64,000 nucleotides of DNA from contig OY829846.1 of the NCBI GenBank assembly GCA_963691875.1, positions 2,272,001-2,336,000 of the forward strand, read 5' to 3'. A model generated the notes under the pieces. That model did no database searches. It saw only the letters and a program-made list of their open reading frames with translations, and was not told the DNA's origin. Every line of letters begins with the position of its first letter. The first letter of the stretch is position 1. Shown here one piece after another: positions 1 through 11,059 of this stretch. The stretch is from Aureliella sp. (lineage in GTDB: Bacteria > Planctomycetota > Planctomycetia > Pirellulales > Pirellulaceae). The translations under genes and the position numbers were made by a program.

Positions 1-2217
1 GTAGATGACCGTCTCGGCGCGCTGCGAGAAGTGCTGGGAACCAATGCTCGACGACCAGTCTGCGATCTGCGGATCGGTAATGGCCAGTCCAACCAGCTCT
101 TCGAATTCGAAAGTGGCTTTGAGCTTGGCTTGGGAATTTCGCCTGCTTAATTGTCCTTCGCCACTTTCAAAGCGCCTGCCACCAAAGTACTCGAGCAGGT
201 TTCGCTGCGGCTGTTTGTTCTCGAGATCCGACGCCGAGAACTCTTCGATGCTGCTCAAATGCGTAAGGAACGCTTCAAGTAAAGGGAGTTCGACCGTATC
301 GCGCAAGCGTGGGGCCATCATTTCAATTAAGTTACTCGCATCTCCTTGCTGCAGAGTTTCGAGCAGACGTTTCAGCTGCGGTAAGTCGCTAACACCAATC
401 AATCTCGCTTCGAAATCACTGCTGAAGTCAACGATCTTCCACTTGCCTTGAGCCTGAACTAGCTCACAACGCAGCGTCTGCGGGGAACCGTCTCGGAAGC
501 TGGCAACCAAGTACACGGAGACTGTTGCCGGAAAACTTCTATCTACTCGCTGCGTGAATACTTGATCGTACACTTTCAACCGGCGCAGAGATCTAGCAGA
601 GAAGTCGCTATCGCTGACAGCTTGCTCCAACCGCTGTCTTGGCAGCTGCTCTTTAAACTCCTCCTGCAATTTACTGTGTGCGTCGTAGAAATCACCTGTA
701 AAGATCCGGCTCCAGAATGCATGCGCAACTCGCCCGGTAGCACTTGGATCACGAATACAATCCAGAGTGCTCCAAGCCGCTTCTTGACTCAGCAAAGTGA
801 CACCCAGCAATTGGTCGCCGATAAAGTCAAATTGAGCGTCGACCGGCCCCTGATTCGTTCTTAGTTTTCCACGAGCATAGGAATACTCGCCTTGCCTGTC
901 AGCAGACCAAGTTGCCAGCTCCGGCACCGACCAATGCTCAAAACGGTCCGCGATCTGCTCAAGCCTTGATTGCAGCTTCTCTTCATCGCATAGGTCCTTC
1001 AACGAAGGATGAAACCAAGATAGGTTGATTTCACCTTGGTAACAATTCGTGAGAAATTCCTCGACGAGCTTAGCTTGTTGCGGTGCCACCGAGGGCCAAG
1101 AGGGACGAAAGTTGATACTGGCCAACTTGCCGTTCCCCACGAAGTTGCTCCGGCTAGAAAAATCAAAGGTGGTCTGCGCGATGCACTGCTCTCCACCCAA
1201 AACCACGAGGTGATAGAGATCCCAACTTCGATGTTTGGCGTCGGGGACAAAGGGCGCAAGAAAACTATCCAGATGTTGTATAGTCTGGATCTCAGAACCA
1301 TACTTCTCTTGCAGTTTCTTTTGCAGCTGCTGAATCTGCTGCACGGTTATGTTTTTTCGATAGCTTCCTTCAAAAAACATTTGGGCTTGCTCGCTGGAGT
1401 CCGATTCCTGGCTGAACATCAGCCGAACAAGCTCTTCGGCCCTCTTTGCAAATCCCTGAGGATCACTTGGCCCTTGAAACCAGTCGTCTGGCATTTGTTC
1501 TGAGCTCACCAAGACATCAAGCAGCTTACCTTGGGAGAAGACAAGCTTGAATTCGCAACTTCCTTTTTCAAACTCGCTTGCGCCAGCAACGATACGAGTC
1601 CCAAGTTTGCCCTCCCAGCTAAACCAACCTTCCGGCTCCGGACCGGACTTGAGCTTGCCAAGGTGCTTGTTGAGGGCTGTGCAGTAAGCCTGGAGAGTCT
1701 GCGGCTGGATGTTTTCGAGTCCTGAGTCCGCCACGCTGCTTCGAAGTTCCGCCTTCGCGATCCCGCTCAGGAACCCTGTTGCATACCCGAGTTCCTGACC
1801 ATTAAGCTCGAAGCGTGGAGGCTCATAAGAGTCCTCAACATCGCCATGCTGCATTTCGCCGCACGTGTTATCGGCCGCCGTGGTTTGAGCGAGAACATCT
1901 TCTCCGTCTAGCAGCGTCGCTGTCACTGGTTGTTTGCAAGGGACAAACACGATGACGCGAGTTGAGGCATGGCCAAACTCGAGTGATTGAGGCTGCTGCC
2001 CGACTCTCAAACGCATATGAACCGTCCGAGCAGGCTGATTCGCATCATGATAACGCACGATGACATAGACCAGCTGACCGTCCGGACCGGCCAATTTCAG
2101 CTGGGGCTCAAACGAGAAATCTTGTGCAATTCCAGATGAGGCGATTCCTACGAGCAATATGCTCAGCACCCTTTGTAGCGGGGTGTTGATTTTTATGAGC
2201 AGGCCACTGTGCCACAT
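1..2217 (-). CDS. Large, probably secreted protein with about five tandem DUF3887/NTF2-like repeats; 3' end runs off the window (absent from the ORF track)
   Basis: Manual translation: ATG at 2217 preceded by AAGGA; open for 739 codons to position 1. Begins MWHSGLLIKINTPLQRVLSILLVGIASSGIAQ (signal-peptide-like). Repeated units such as AHAFWSRIFTGDFYDAHSKLQEEFKEQL...KWKIVDF. Confidence 0.85.
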   Translation of the reverse strand, partial: MWHSGLLIKINTPLQRVLSILLVGIASSGIAQDFSFEPQLKLAGPDGQLVYVIVRYHDANQPARTVHMRLRVGQQPQSLEFGHASTRVIVFVPCKQPVTATLLDGEDVLAQTTAADNTCGEMQHGDVEDSYEPPRFELNGQELGYATGFLSGIAKAELRSSVADSGLENIQPQTLQAYCTALNKHLGKLKSGPEPEGWFSWEGKLGTRIVAGASEFEKGSCEFKLVFSQGKLLDVLVSSEQMPDDWFQGPSDPQGFAKRAEELVRLMFSQESDSSEQAQMFFEGSYRKNITVQQIQQLQKKLQEKYGSEIQTIQHLDSFLAPFVPDAKHRSWDLYHLVVLGGEQCIAQTTFDFSSRSNFVGNGKLASINFRPSWPSVAPQQAKLVEEFLTNCYQGEINLSWFHPSLKDLCDEEKLQSRLEQIADRFEHWSVPELATWSADRQGEYSYARGKLRTNQGPVDAQFDFIGDQLLGVTLLSQEAAWSTLDCIRDPSATGRVAHAFWSRIFTGDFYDAHSKLQEEFKEQLPRQRLEQAVSDSDFSARSLRRLKVYDQVFTQRVDRSFPATVSVYLVASFRDGSPQTLRCELVQAQGKWKIVDFSSDFEARLIGVSDLPQLKRLLETLQQGDASNLIEMMAPRLRDTVELPLLEAFLTHLSSIEEFSASDLENKQPQRNLLEYFGGRRFESGEGQLSRRNSQAKLKATFEFEELVGLAITDPQIADWSSSIGSQHFSQRAETVIY

Positions 2218-2444
2218 ACGCTGATTCCTTGCCTTGAATATCGATCGAAGAAGCGTTATCTGATCGCTCAGCGACCAAGCCCAGGTTGAATGCTCGCGTT
2301 TTGATAGCACTTCAGTCCGAGTCAGACGACCACCTCAACTGGCGAAGCTGCCAGGGGCGTCATTTCGGTATTTTGGGAGAACGTGGCAAGCACTACAATA
2401 CGGTCTCGATTCGATCCTAATCCCAACCCCGAGATTCTCTCCTG

Positions 2445-2744
2445 ATGAACCGTATCACCGTCTTCTTTCTGGGTGTACTTACTGGTGCGATTGGTTTGTT
2501 TGTAAGTGAAAACTACTATATCGTTCGCTCAACAGAAACCGTTCATGTGGTTCCGAAAATTGCCGCAAAGCTTGAGATTCCCTACCGGGATATCCGCGAA
2601 TACACGGTAGAAGACTGGCGTGAAGATCCTTCTTTGGCATTAGCCATCGTGAAATCGAAAAAGGAAAACCTGTTGATGGAATCTGGTTTGAACGACATGC
2701 AGAACCAGCTTCAAGGCCTTCTAAATTCACTTGAAGGCAGCTAG
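2445..2744 (+). CDS. Small hypothetical protein with N-terminal membrane anchor
   Basis: 99-aa ORF, hydrophobic N-terminus (ITVFFLGVLTGAIGLFV), TACAAT about 45 nt upstream. Confidence 0.75.
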   Translation: MNRITVFFLGVLTGAIGLFVSENYYIVRSTETVHVVPKIAAKLEIPYRDIREYTVEDWREDPSLALAIVKSKKENLLMESGLNDMQNQLQGLLNSLEGS

Positions 2745-2938
2745 CTGGCTTCGCCGAGCATCGGGTGCTCAATTATCGAATTTCCAATTTTTGATGCCGT
2801 GATATCCTTATGCTGATCTAATGAGCCTACCCACGTCTCAAGAACTGGTCGGCACGCTAGAATTGACTGTTATAGGTATTCACCTTTGCCCAACCAGATT
2901 GGGCGGCAAGAGAACTACAACCCAAGGATCGCTCTGCG

Positions 2939-4468
2939 ATGATCGGACAGTCGCAAAAGAAGTCGGTAACAGTTGTTGGTGGTGGACTCGCGGGACTTTC
3001 CGCTGCCTGCGTACTAGCTGCACGCGGACATCAAGTCACCTTGCTCGACAAGAATGACTGGGTTGGCGGCAAAGCAGCTGTGCATCGCCGCGATGGCTAT
3101 CGTTTTGACATGGGTCCGACGATTCTCACGTTGCCGAGTGTCTTGAAGCGGATCTTCGAAGAGGCAGATCGCAAACTCGAGGACTACCTAGAACTGCTGC
3201 CTCTTGATCCACAGTGGCGATGCTTCTTCGATGACGCTTCCGTTTTGGATTTGGTCGCCGATGTTGACAAGATGAAGTCAAACTTGCGCGAGTTTGCCAA
3301 CGATGAGGCTGCAGATGGTTACGGCAGGTTCATTGAAATGTCGAAGCAGTTGCACGACGTTTCAGACCGTTTCTTTTTCTGGAAGAGTGTTGGTGGCATC
3401 GCGGACACCTTTAAGTCCAAGGGCATGTTCGATCTGAAGGTTCTCAAAGACGTTCTGTCATTGAGGATGGGCAAGTCCGTAGCATCGGTGGTTCGCAGCC
3501 ACGTTCCCGACGAGCGTGCTGCTCAGATGATCGATCACTTTACGCAGTACGTTGGCTCGTCGCCAGAGGCGTCGCCAGCCGTCCTGTGCGGCATCGCCCA
3601 CATGCAGACTGAAGAAGGAGTCTGGTATCCAGTAGGAGGCACCAGAGCGGTTCCCGAAGCACTTGCCAAGCTGGCAGGGGAGCTGGGAGTTGAGATTCGC
3701 ACCGGCTGCGACGTCGATACCATTCAAACCACCGCCAACGCTGTCACCGGTGTTCAGCTAGTTGATGGAGAAGTCATTCACGCCGATGCAGTCGTTTCCA
3801 ATTGCGATTCCGTTCGGACACACCGCGAGCTGTTGCGTGAGCACGGGAAGCAGACGAGCCTTACGAAGAAGAAGGAAATCGAGCCCGCTTGCTCTGGCGT
3901 GGTGCTCTACCTGGGACTCAAGAAGCGATACGAACACGTCTTGCATCACAACTTCGTCTTTTCCAAGGACCCGCACGAAGAATTCGACTATATCTATCGT
4001 CAAGGAGTGCCAGCCCCAGATCCAACCTGCTACGTCTGTGCTCCTTCGATTTCCGAATCTGCGGTCGCACCAGAGGGCGGAGAAGCACTCTATATTTTGG
4101 TCCACACGCCCTATCTACGACCTGAGCACGATTGGTCAAAGATGCTGCCTGAATACCGCGAGGTAATCTTAGACAAGTTAGAACGCACGGCTGGGATGAA
4201 AGATATTCGTTCGAACATCGTTTGCGAAGACGCTCTGACACCAGAAGGAATTCACAAACGTTATCGCGTCTTGAATGGCGCTATTTACGGCCTGGCCAGT
4301 CACGGCCGCTATCTCGGCGCCTTCAAACCCGCCAACCGCAGCAAGGAATTACAAGGCTTGTACTTGGCCGGCGGGGCGGCTCACCCTGGACCAGGAATGC
4401 CCATGGTGATGATGAGCGGCTGGATCGCCGCAGACGCACTCGACCAAGACGCAGGTTTTGCATCTTAA
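2939..4468 (+). CDS. crtI: Phytoene desaturase family FAD oxidoreductase (CrtI/CrtN/CrtP-like)
   Basis: VVGGGLAGLSAA Rossmann motif, RFDMGPTILT, and C-terminal LYLAGGAAHPGPGMPMVMMSG carotenoid desaturase signature. Confidence 0.9.
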   Translation: MIGQSQKKSVTVVGGGLAGLSAACVLAARGHQVTLLDKNDWVGGKAAVHRRDGYRFDMGPTILTLPSVLKRIFEEADRKLEDYLELLPLDPQWRCFFDDASVLDLVADVDKMKSNLREFANDEAADGYGRFIEMSKQLHDVSDRFFFWKSVGGIADTFKSKGMFDLKVLKDVLSLRMGKSVASVVRSHVPDERAAQMIDHFTQYVGSSPEASPAVLCGIAHMQTEEGVWYPVGGTRAVPEALAKLAGELGVEIRTGCDVDTIQTTANAVTGVQLVDGEVIHADAVVSNCDSVRTHRELLREHGKQTSLTKKKEIEPACSGVVLYLGLKKRYEHVLHHNFVFSKDPHEEFDYIYRQGVPAPDPTCYVCAPSISESAVAPEGGEALYILVHTPYLRPEHDWSKMLPEYREVILDKLERTAGMKDIRSNIVCEDALTPEGIHKRYRVLNGAIYGLASHGRYLGAFKPANRSKELQGLYLAGGAAHPGPGMPMVMMSGWIAADALDQDAGFAS

Positions 4469-4647
4469 TCGCAGAAAGCGAACCAGTCTCACTTCGCTGC
4501 GGCTTGATCGCTTTTATAGCTCGATCTCGCATGCAGGCCTTCGTGCCCAGACCCTCGGGTTGCCTTCCCGCGACGACGCATCTCAAGATCATCCTGCGGC
4601 TTGGTATGCTTCCGCACCGCAGAGTATCCACGCGTGGTTTTGACTGG

Positions 4648-5190
4648 CTAGCCGCAACCACGGGAACCTCCGCTGCTTACGCAGTCTTCGGTTGCAAAGT
4701 TGCCCTCTGCAGCGTTGGACGGATCCTCTGAGCACTCTCCAGACTCGCACACGTCACTGGGAGTAAAACAAATTGGAGGAATGGTGAGCGTCCCTAATTT
4801 CCAATGCTTTGCATTGTGATAATGGCCGTATACGATCTTATCAAAACACCGTACATCTAAGTTGTCGCTACCTGAGCCGTTGATGTTTGTGATCGTAAGC
4901 TGGGGCGAAATAGGAAGCTCTAGAACAACCTCCTGCAAGACAGACGCCGTGCAGAAATCAATACCCTCTTGAACGAAAACATCCCCAACCGGCTGCACCT
5001 CTCCGCTATGCTGATGTTGGTGTAGCCAGCCTCGGCCACCATCGCTGTGATGCGCCACGAGGTGACGCAATGGACCACCGGCACTGACAACGCAAGTAAG
5101 AACAGCCAACAAATAGATGGCGGTTAGCACGATACGAGCAAAGTGCGTTCGACTCGAAGGTGAAAATGGGGTTCGGAGAATCACCAGCAA
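4648..5190 (-). CDS. Hypothetical protein with TM segment and His-rich motif
   Basis: 180-aa ORF filling the gap between two genes; hydrophobic segment followed by HLVAHH...HQHQH. No recognised family. Confidence 0.35.
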   Translation of the reverse strand: MLVILRTPFSPSSRTHFARIVLTAIYLLAVLTCVVSAGGPLRHLVAHHSDGGRGWLHQHQHSGEVQPVGDVFVQEGIDFCTASVLQEVVLELPISPQLTITNINGSGSDNLDVRCFDKIVYGHYHNAKHWKLGTLTIPPICFTPSDVCESGECSEDPSNAAEGNFATEDCVSSGGSRGCG

Positions 5191-5560
5191 TCTCGCAGAT
5201 AAAAATAGTGGAGAAAACTCTCCTAGCAGTTCTGACAGTGTTGAACGCTAGCTTGCTTTCAGAATACAGAGAAGACGCCCCACAGCATGCCTAGAAGTTG
5301 CGATTCGCGTACTTACCAATGGTAATGATACAGCGTCTGTATCCGTTATGCACTTACAAACTTGTTCGCGTAGCACGGCCGTCCTTGCCCGCGTTCGTCG
5401 CCGGTCCAACTCGCTCCCACGCGACTGCGCTCTGTTGGTTCCTCCTTGTGCCCTGCTCCGGCAAGCGCGATACTGTGCTGTCTTGTTTCTCGGATAGCTT
5501 GCTAGACCGAACCATTCGCATCCCACCTTCGCATCGCTCCTCCTGAAGCCAAAATACTCC

Positions 5561-6430
5561 TTGAAGGAAAAGATCTTGCAACTTGTACGATTTCGAACGG
5601 AAAGCACCGAATCTTGGGGCGTCCAGACTGACGAGGGTGTTCGTGATTTAGGGGCCATTCTAAAGACCTGCCCAACGATGCTGGATGCCATCGGCCAATG
5701 GGAACAACTCGGTTCCCAAGTAGAATCAGTGCTCCGCGACGCCCCGTTACTGAGTGAATGCCAGTTGCTTAGTCCGCTACCGGAATCCGGAAAGACAATC
5801 TGCATTGGACTCAACTACCGCGACCACGCGATCGAAACTGGCGCTGACATTCCGACCGAACCCGTTGTGTTTAATAAGCTGGCCGGCACAGTCTGCGGTC
5901 CCGATGAAGAGATCCCTCTGCCTCAAGTCAGTCAACAAGTTGATTTCGAAGCAGAACTTGTCATGGTCATCGGCAAGCAAGCTTGGAATGTTGTCGAACA
6001 GGAAGCAGAAGACTTTATTTTCGGCTACATGTGTGGACACGACGTATCGGCTCGCGACTGGCAAAAAGGCCGTCCAGGCGGACAATGGCTACTCGGTAAA
6101 AGCTTTCCGAACTTTGCGCCCACAGGGCCCTATCTAGTTCCCAATTCTGAAATCTCAGATCCTTGCAATTTGAGAATTCAGATGCGGATCAATGGTGAAA
6201 CCTATCAGGATTCGAACACCAGTCAGCTGATATTCTCACCTTCACAATTGATCGCCCATTTATCGCAATGCACCATCTTGCAACCGGGCGACTTGATTTT
6301 TACAGGCACACCTCCTGGTGTCGGAGCCGCTCGCAATCCGCCTCGCTTCCTGGAGCCGGGCGATGTTTGCGAAGTGGAAGTCCAAGGCCTCGGGGTGCTC
6401 AGGAATCCTGTAGTCGCCGCAAAACAATAG
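5561..6430 (+). CDS. Fumarylacetoacetate hydrolase family protein
   Basis: [29 protein letters not shown] and [13 protein letters not shown] motifs. Confidence 0.93.
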   Translation: MKEKILQLVRFRTESTESWGVQTDEGVRDLGAILKTCPTMLDAIGQWEQLGSQVESVLRDAPLLSECQLLSPLPESGKTICIGLNYRDHAIETGADIPTEPVVFNKLAGTVCGPDEEIPLPQVSQQVDFEAELVMVIGKQAWNVVEQEAEDFIFGYMCGHDVSARDWQKGRPGGQWLLGKSFPNFAPTGPYLVPNSEISDPCNLRIQMRINGETYQDSNTSQLIFSPSQLIAHLSQCTILQPGDLIFTGTPPGVGAARNPPRFLEPGDVCEVEVQGLGVLRNPVVAAKQ

Positions 6431-6746
6431 GATTTGGCTGACGCCAATCGCGATTCGATCATTCTCTAAAACTGCATTAGACGGTCCGCCAACCTACGTC
6501 TTGCGACCAACCTTGGAAAATCTTTTGATGGAACGCGTTCCCCTTGTTACCATCATATCGCTATCCTTGCGCGTTTTTCGAAGCGATGATGAAGAATCAT
6601 CGTTGGGCACACGTTGTGTTTAGCAATTCGCGCGGTGATCATAACAGCAATTTCTGACCATATCCGCGACGGACCCCGGCCGGTCACCGCATCAAACAGA
6701 ACACGGCGCTGCGATTGGAAGAGCGAGGGCGACGTGGACTCATGTG

Positions 6747-8672
6747 CTAAAACGAGTCTTCGATCACGTGAGGGCCCTTGCCGTCGTCTTCCTCTTCTTC
6801 GTCTTCCTCAGGGGGCTCGAATGCGAAGCTAAGGCTATCGCCTATCGCATCGGCCAATCCACCGATCTGCTGGCAGGTGAAGAAGATAAGTGTGGGCAGC
6901 AAGAACCCCGCAACACCAGCCAGCATGGGGCTCTTGGGCAGCAGAATCGCCCACACGACGAATATAAAGCCGTAGGCTATTCCATTCTTTAAGTAGTACC
7001 CCCCCCAACTTTCAGCTGCAGCTCCAATGGAACGCATGACTGAACCCGAAATCGGATTTACAACAGAGCCATTGTCCATCATGCCAAGCAAGAAAATTGG
7101 GAACAGGAGGAAGCCACTGGCCAACATCCCGCCGATTCGAATGGTCACGGCACTACTGCCGTCTCCAGCAAAGAAGGAACCGGTCAAGTAGCCGGGGATT
7201 AATGCTGCCGACAGAGCGAGACCGATCACTAGTAGGTCCGCGAAGTTGTCGAATATCGTGAAGGCAGGAATCTCACGAATGTAACGCTGCTTGTTCGCCG
7301 CCGCTTCAATCAAGAGCAGGCCACCAGATAACATCGGCAGTGCGAAGAGCAATCCTACCAACGGTCCACCGATCATCGAAAGCAGCAGGAGGCCTCTGCC
7401 GAAATAGCTCTCGGTATCTTCTAGTGAAAAACGGATGAATGCGAACAAGCCGCCAAAAACAAATCCGTAAACAATCATCTGCGCGATTACTAGCGGATCT
7501 TTGAAAAAGCCGAATGTTCGCTGTACAAAACTGGCATTGTCAAAATCTGCTTGGTAGAGCCGGTCTTCTTCCTCCTCTGTGATTTCGCCAGCCGCTTTGT
7601 CGAGCAGGTCCTGGGCACGGTCCTGACGATGTTGATCTCGGCCAGCATCTCCAAAGTCCGCCTCGGCAGCCAAAGCCATTTCCGCCTCGACAGGCAGTTT
7701 CTTCTTGGGCTTGGGTTTCCAGTTTTTCGGAGGTGGCGGAGCCTTGAATTCGGTAAAGCAATCCGGACACTTGACCTTCATGCCCTGCGCCGAGGGACTC
7801 ACATATTGAGCCGTTCCGCATACTCTACAAACGATGCGATACTCAGCATCATCCAGTATTTCTTCTTCCGACAACTTCGGCATGTTGTCCTTCAGATTCA
7901 AATCAGGAATAACATTGTCTAAATCTCGCAGATCATCTTCAACAACGGCTGGCTTACGCTTGGATTTCGGTGAGGACTTCTCGCCGCCACCCGAGTTTGG
8001 TGGCAGTTGTTCGGCAGCCGCAGATGCTTCCTTCTGCAGCTGATATTCATCAAGTTCGTCTTCGAAAAGCGAACCAGCAGAACTCGGACTTTCCGGCCCC
8101 TGTGATTTAGCCATAGCTCCCGACTTTGCTTCTAAACCAGAGGTCTGATTTGGGGATGATTTTTTCTCTGCAGAAGGGCTAGAAGCTTGCTCCTCAAGCG
8201 TAGCGGACTCATCATCGCCCAAACTGTCAAAGGGAATGCTGCCGTCGTCGTTTAACGATGCTTGTCCTTGCAAAGGCTGGACATACTGATCGTCCTTGGT
8301 GGCAGGCCGCACATTGGGCTGCTCTTCTTCATCGGGCTGCCCAACTTTTCTGGACCGCTGCTTCTGTTTTGCGCGATCCATTGCGCGCTCTTTTTCCTTC
8401 TTCGCACGGATCTCCTCCGCGTCCTGCTGCCGCTCTTCCAAGTTAGAGATGGCAGGGGTACTGAGGCTTAAGGGGTCATCCATCTCCAAGAAGTTGGTTT
8501 CATCCTTCTCCTTGTTTACCACATTCCGTTTCTCTTCCGGCTGCGGAATGCGCAACGTATGCTTGCACTTGGGGCATTTGATATGCCGCCCAGCGCCCTT
8601 GAGCGGACTCTTCAGTCGCTTGCCACAATGGATGCAACTGAAGGCAATCAATTTGTCCGGGTCGGCGCTCAA
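6747..8672 (-). CDS. Double zinc-ribbon protein with acidic linker and C-terminal multi-TM domain
   Basis: CIHC..CPKC and CRVC..CPDC pairs, long acidic low-complexity linker, about 6 hydrophobic C-terminal segments; TTG start. Confidence 0.85.
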   Translation of the reverse strand: MSADPDKLIAFSCIHCGKRLKSPLKGAGRHIKCPKCKHTLRIPQPEEKRNVVNKEKDETNFLEMDDPLSLSTPAISNLEERQQDAEEIRAKKEKERAMDRAKQKQRSRKVGQPDEEEQPNVRPATKDDQYVQPLQGQASLNDDGSIPFDSLGDDESATLEEQASSPSAEKKSSPNQTSGLEAKSGAMAKSQGPESPSSAGSLFEDELDEYQLQKEASAAAEQLPPNSGGGEKSSPKSKRKPAVVEDDLRDLDNVIPDLNLKDNMPKLSEEEILDDAEYRIVCRVCGTAQYVSPSAQGMKVKCPDCFTEFKAPPPPKNWKPKPKKKLPVEAEMALAAEADFGDAGRDQHRQDRAQDLLDKAAGEITEEEEDRLYQADFDNASFVQRTFGFFKDPLVIAQMIVYGFVFGGLFAFIRFSLEDTESYFGRGLLLLSMIGGPLVGLLFALPMLSGGLLLIEAAANKQRYIREIPAFTIFDNFADLLVIGLALSAALIPGYLTGSFFAGDGSSAVTIRIGGMLASGFLLFPIFLLGMMDNGSVVNPISGSVMRSIGAAAESWGGYYLKNGIAYGFIFVVWAILLPKSPMLAGVAGFLLPTLIFFTCQQIGGLADAIGDSLSFAFEPPEEDEEEEDDGKGPHVIEDSF

Positions 8673-8986
8673 AGGAACAATCTCGCGTGAAAAACGATGG
8701 CGAATTCTTGTGGTCGAGGTGACTGAAAGATTTGCAGCCTAGTCAGCGGACGTTGAGAGGAGAAGCTGCTTGTGGGCGCACTGCGTTTCGCGCACTGCAT
8801 TTAGAGTAGACAGTGGCTACTAATCGGGCAATTTAATTACCAAAAACAGGTGTTACCACGCGAAAAATACGGCAGTTCAATAGTGAAGGCTCCGGTTTTG
8901 AGGCTCGGCAGTTCTTCGCAAGCCTCTCACGCGGCACTCACGGATCGGACAGATTAGGAGCTAGAAAGCCATCAGTCGAGAAAGAA

Positions 8987-9547
8987 CTACTCTTCCATCA
9001 CTTCTGCTTCTCGCGCCTTGGCTGCATTGGTAGCCTCGGCTTCATACTTCTTGGTGAGTTCTTGGACGTCGTCCTTGAACTTGTCGCGATCGTCCTCAGA
9101 GATCTCCTTATCTTTCTCTGCTTGCTCAATCGCTTTGTTGGCGTCGCGTCGAATGTTGCGAATCGAAATCTTCGCTTCTTCAGACAACTCCTTGATGCGC
9201 GAGACCATCTTCTTACGAACATCCGTGCTAAGCGCGGGGATGTTGATCCGGATGATCTTGCCGTCGTTTTGAGGATTTAGTCCGAGGTCGCTGGATACGA
9301 TCGCTTTTTCGATATCCTTAATCGTGCTGACGTCAAATGGGCGAATCACAAGTTGCGTGGGTTCTGGTGCAGCAATGGAAGCAAGTTGTTTCAAAGGCGA
9401 TTGCGATCCGTAAGCCTCAACTCTTACACTGTCGACCAAGCCTGGAGTCGCTCGTCCCGTGCGAATGCCGCTGAGTGCATTCTTCAAGATACTATTCGCC
9501 TTCTCCATCCGTTCTTCGGCGTCCATCATTACTTCATCAACACTCAT
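8987..9547 (-). CDS. frr: Ribosome recycling factor
   Basis: IRTGRA, LGLNPQNDG and IRNIRRDAN motifs; start moved to ATG 9547 (AGGAAGG RBS), 186 aa; lies downstream of pyrH. Confidence 0.97.
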   Translation of the reverse strand: MSVDEVMMDAEERMEKANSILKNALSGIRTGRATPGLVDSVRVEAYGSQSPLKQLASIAAPEPTQLVIRPFDVSTIKDIEKAIVSSDLGLNPQNDGKIIRINIPALSTDVRKKMVSRIKELSEEAKISIRNIRRDANKAIEQAEKDKEISEDDRDKFKDDVQELTKKYEAEATNAAKAREAEVMEE

Positions 9548-9802
9548 GGAATTCACCTTCCTGTAGACCACGCTGGGATATTTTCGCTTGGATATGAAAG
9601 CAGGATCTGGTCTGGATACCATGCTAGAACTGGTTTTCCAGAGTTGTTCTGATTCGAATCGATTAGGCGTATTGTAGGCAACTTTACGCTGCCTCCATAC
9701 AAGGGGTAGCCTGCAATTCAGGCTATTCAAAGTTCAATCTTGCTCGCCTGACCGGCAGAACAAACTGAGAGGAAACCATCGCTTGCCGATACCCTGTGCC
9801 GC

Positions 9803-10558
9803 CTAAGACTTCTTGGGGCCAATTCTGGTTCCTACTTGCTCGCCGGATACCGCTTTGACAATGTTTCCTTCTTTTTTGAAGTTGAATACCAGCACCGGCA
9901 CAGAGTGTTCGCGGCATTGAGTAATCGCCGTTCCATCCATCACACGCAGGTTTTGTTTGATCACCGTGTCGTAATCAAGCTCTGGATACAGCACCGCGTG
10001 AGGATTCTTTTCTGGATCCTCTGAATAGACTCCATCAACTCGAGTCGCCTTCAAGACGATGTCCGCCCCCAATTCCAAGGCACGTTGAGTGGCTGCCGTG
10101 TCGGTGGTAACGAATGGACTACCCGTTCCTGCAGCCAAGACGACGATACGCCCTTTTTCCATGTGGCGTATGGCACGACGCCGAATGAAGGGTTCGCAGA
10201 CGCCATCCATGCGAATGGCCGACATGACTCGCGTATCACACCCAACACTCTCAAGACCTTCTTGCAGCGACAGAGCGTTGATCACTGTAGCTAGCATACC
10301 CATATAGTGAGCCGTTGCTTCCTCGATCATTTGACCGTTCGTCGTCTTGAACTGTGCTCCACGAAGGATGTTTCCACCGCCGACGACGAGGCCGATTTGG
10401 CATCCAAGCTCCCATGCCTGTTTGACTTGCCGACAGATGGCCACGACTTCTTCCATCGATATTCCCCGTTCGCCAGGCCGACTCAGGCTTTCGCCGGACA
10501 GCTTGAGGATGACTCGATTGAAGTGCGGAGAGGAGTTTTCAGAAGTGTTGTCAGCCAT
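9803..10558 (-). CDS. pyrH: UMP kinase
   Basis: [31 protein letters not shown] and VDGVYSEDP motifs; likely start ATG 10558. Confidence 0.97.
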   Translation of the reverse strand: MADNTSENSSPHFNRVILKLSGESLSRPGERGISMEEVVAICRQVKQAWELGCQIGLVVGGGNILRGAQFKTTNGQMIEEATAHYMGMLATVINALSLQEGLESVGCDTRVMSAIRMDGVCEPFIRRRAIRHMEKGRIVVLAAGTGSPFVTTDTAATQRALELGADIVLKATRVDGVYSEDPEKNPHAVLYPELDYDTVIKQNLRVMDGTAITQCREHSVPVLVFNFKKEGNIVKAVSGEQVGTRIGPKKS

Positions 10559-11059
10559 AGTTTTTGCCGGACAGGAGAGGCGAGATGGATCCAAAGTTCT
10601 CATGGTCGCAAACAATCGCCGGCAAGTCCACGCCCCATTCTGAGATTGGGCATTGCTCGTTTCTCAAGCATTTCGCCGTTGAGGAAGAATGCTACGAGCG
10701 TGAGCACAGCGAGAGCACATATGGTAACACCTGAAACACACTGTTGAATTGTCGGGCTATCATGCAGGATTTAGAATCCGACCGCTGCTCGCACAATGGG
10801 CCAACTCTCTTCCTTGAAAAACGGCTTGCCGAACGGTAATCTTTGCTCCCCTTGAAGTCGATTCATTGGCTGCAGGAGAGGCTGTCCGGCACCACAAGAG
10901 GCAGGAGAAGCCACGAATTCAAGAAAACTGCCAGCCCTAAAGAGTTGTCTAAGATCGGGAGGCAGAACAGAATAGAGCATTGGACGGGCGGCGGCTCGCA
11001 GGAATTCGGCTCTTCACCCAGCTTGGCCATCTGAGCCAAACAACCACGTAGTTCGATAT

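Noticed and set aside
5..1725. Plus-strand ORFs 5-451, 562-864, 1036-1503, 1531-1725 and minus-strand ORF 999-1301
   Set aside because: Shadows of the long minus-strand ORF starting at 2217.
9707..9725. Perfect 7-bp inverted repeat TAGCCTG-CAATT-CAGGCTA between pyrH and frr
   Set aside because: No U-tract and a single occurrence; insufficient to call a terminator or operator.
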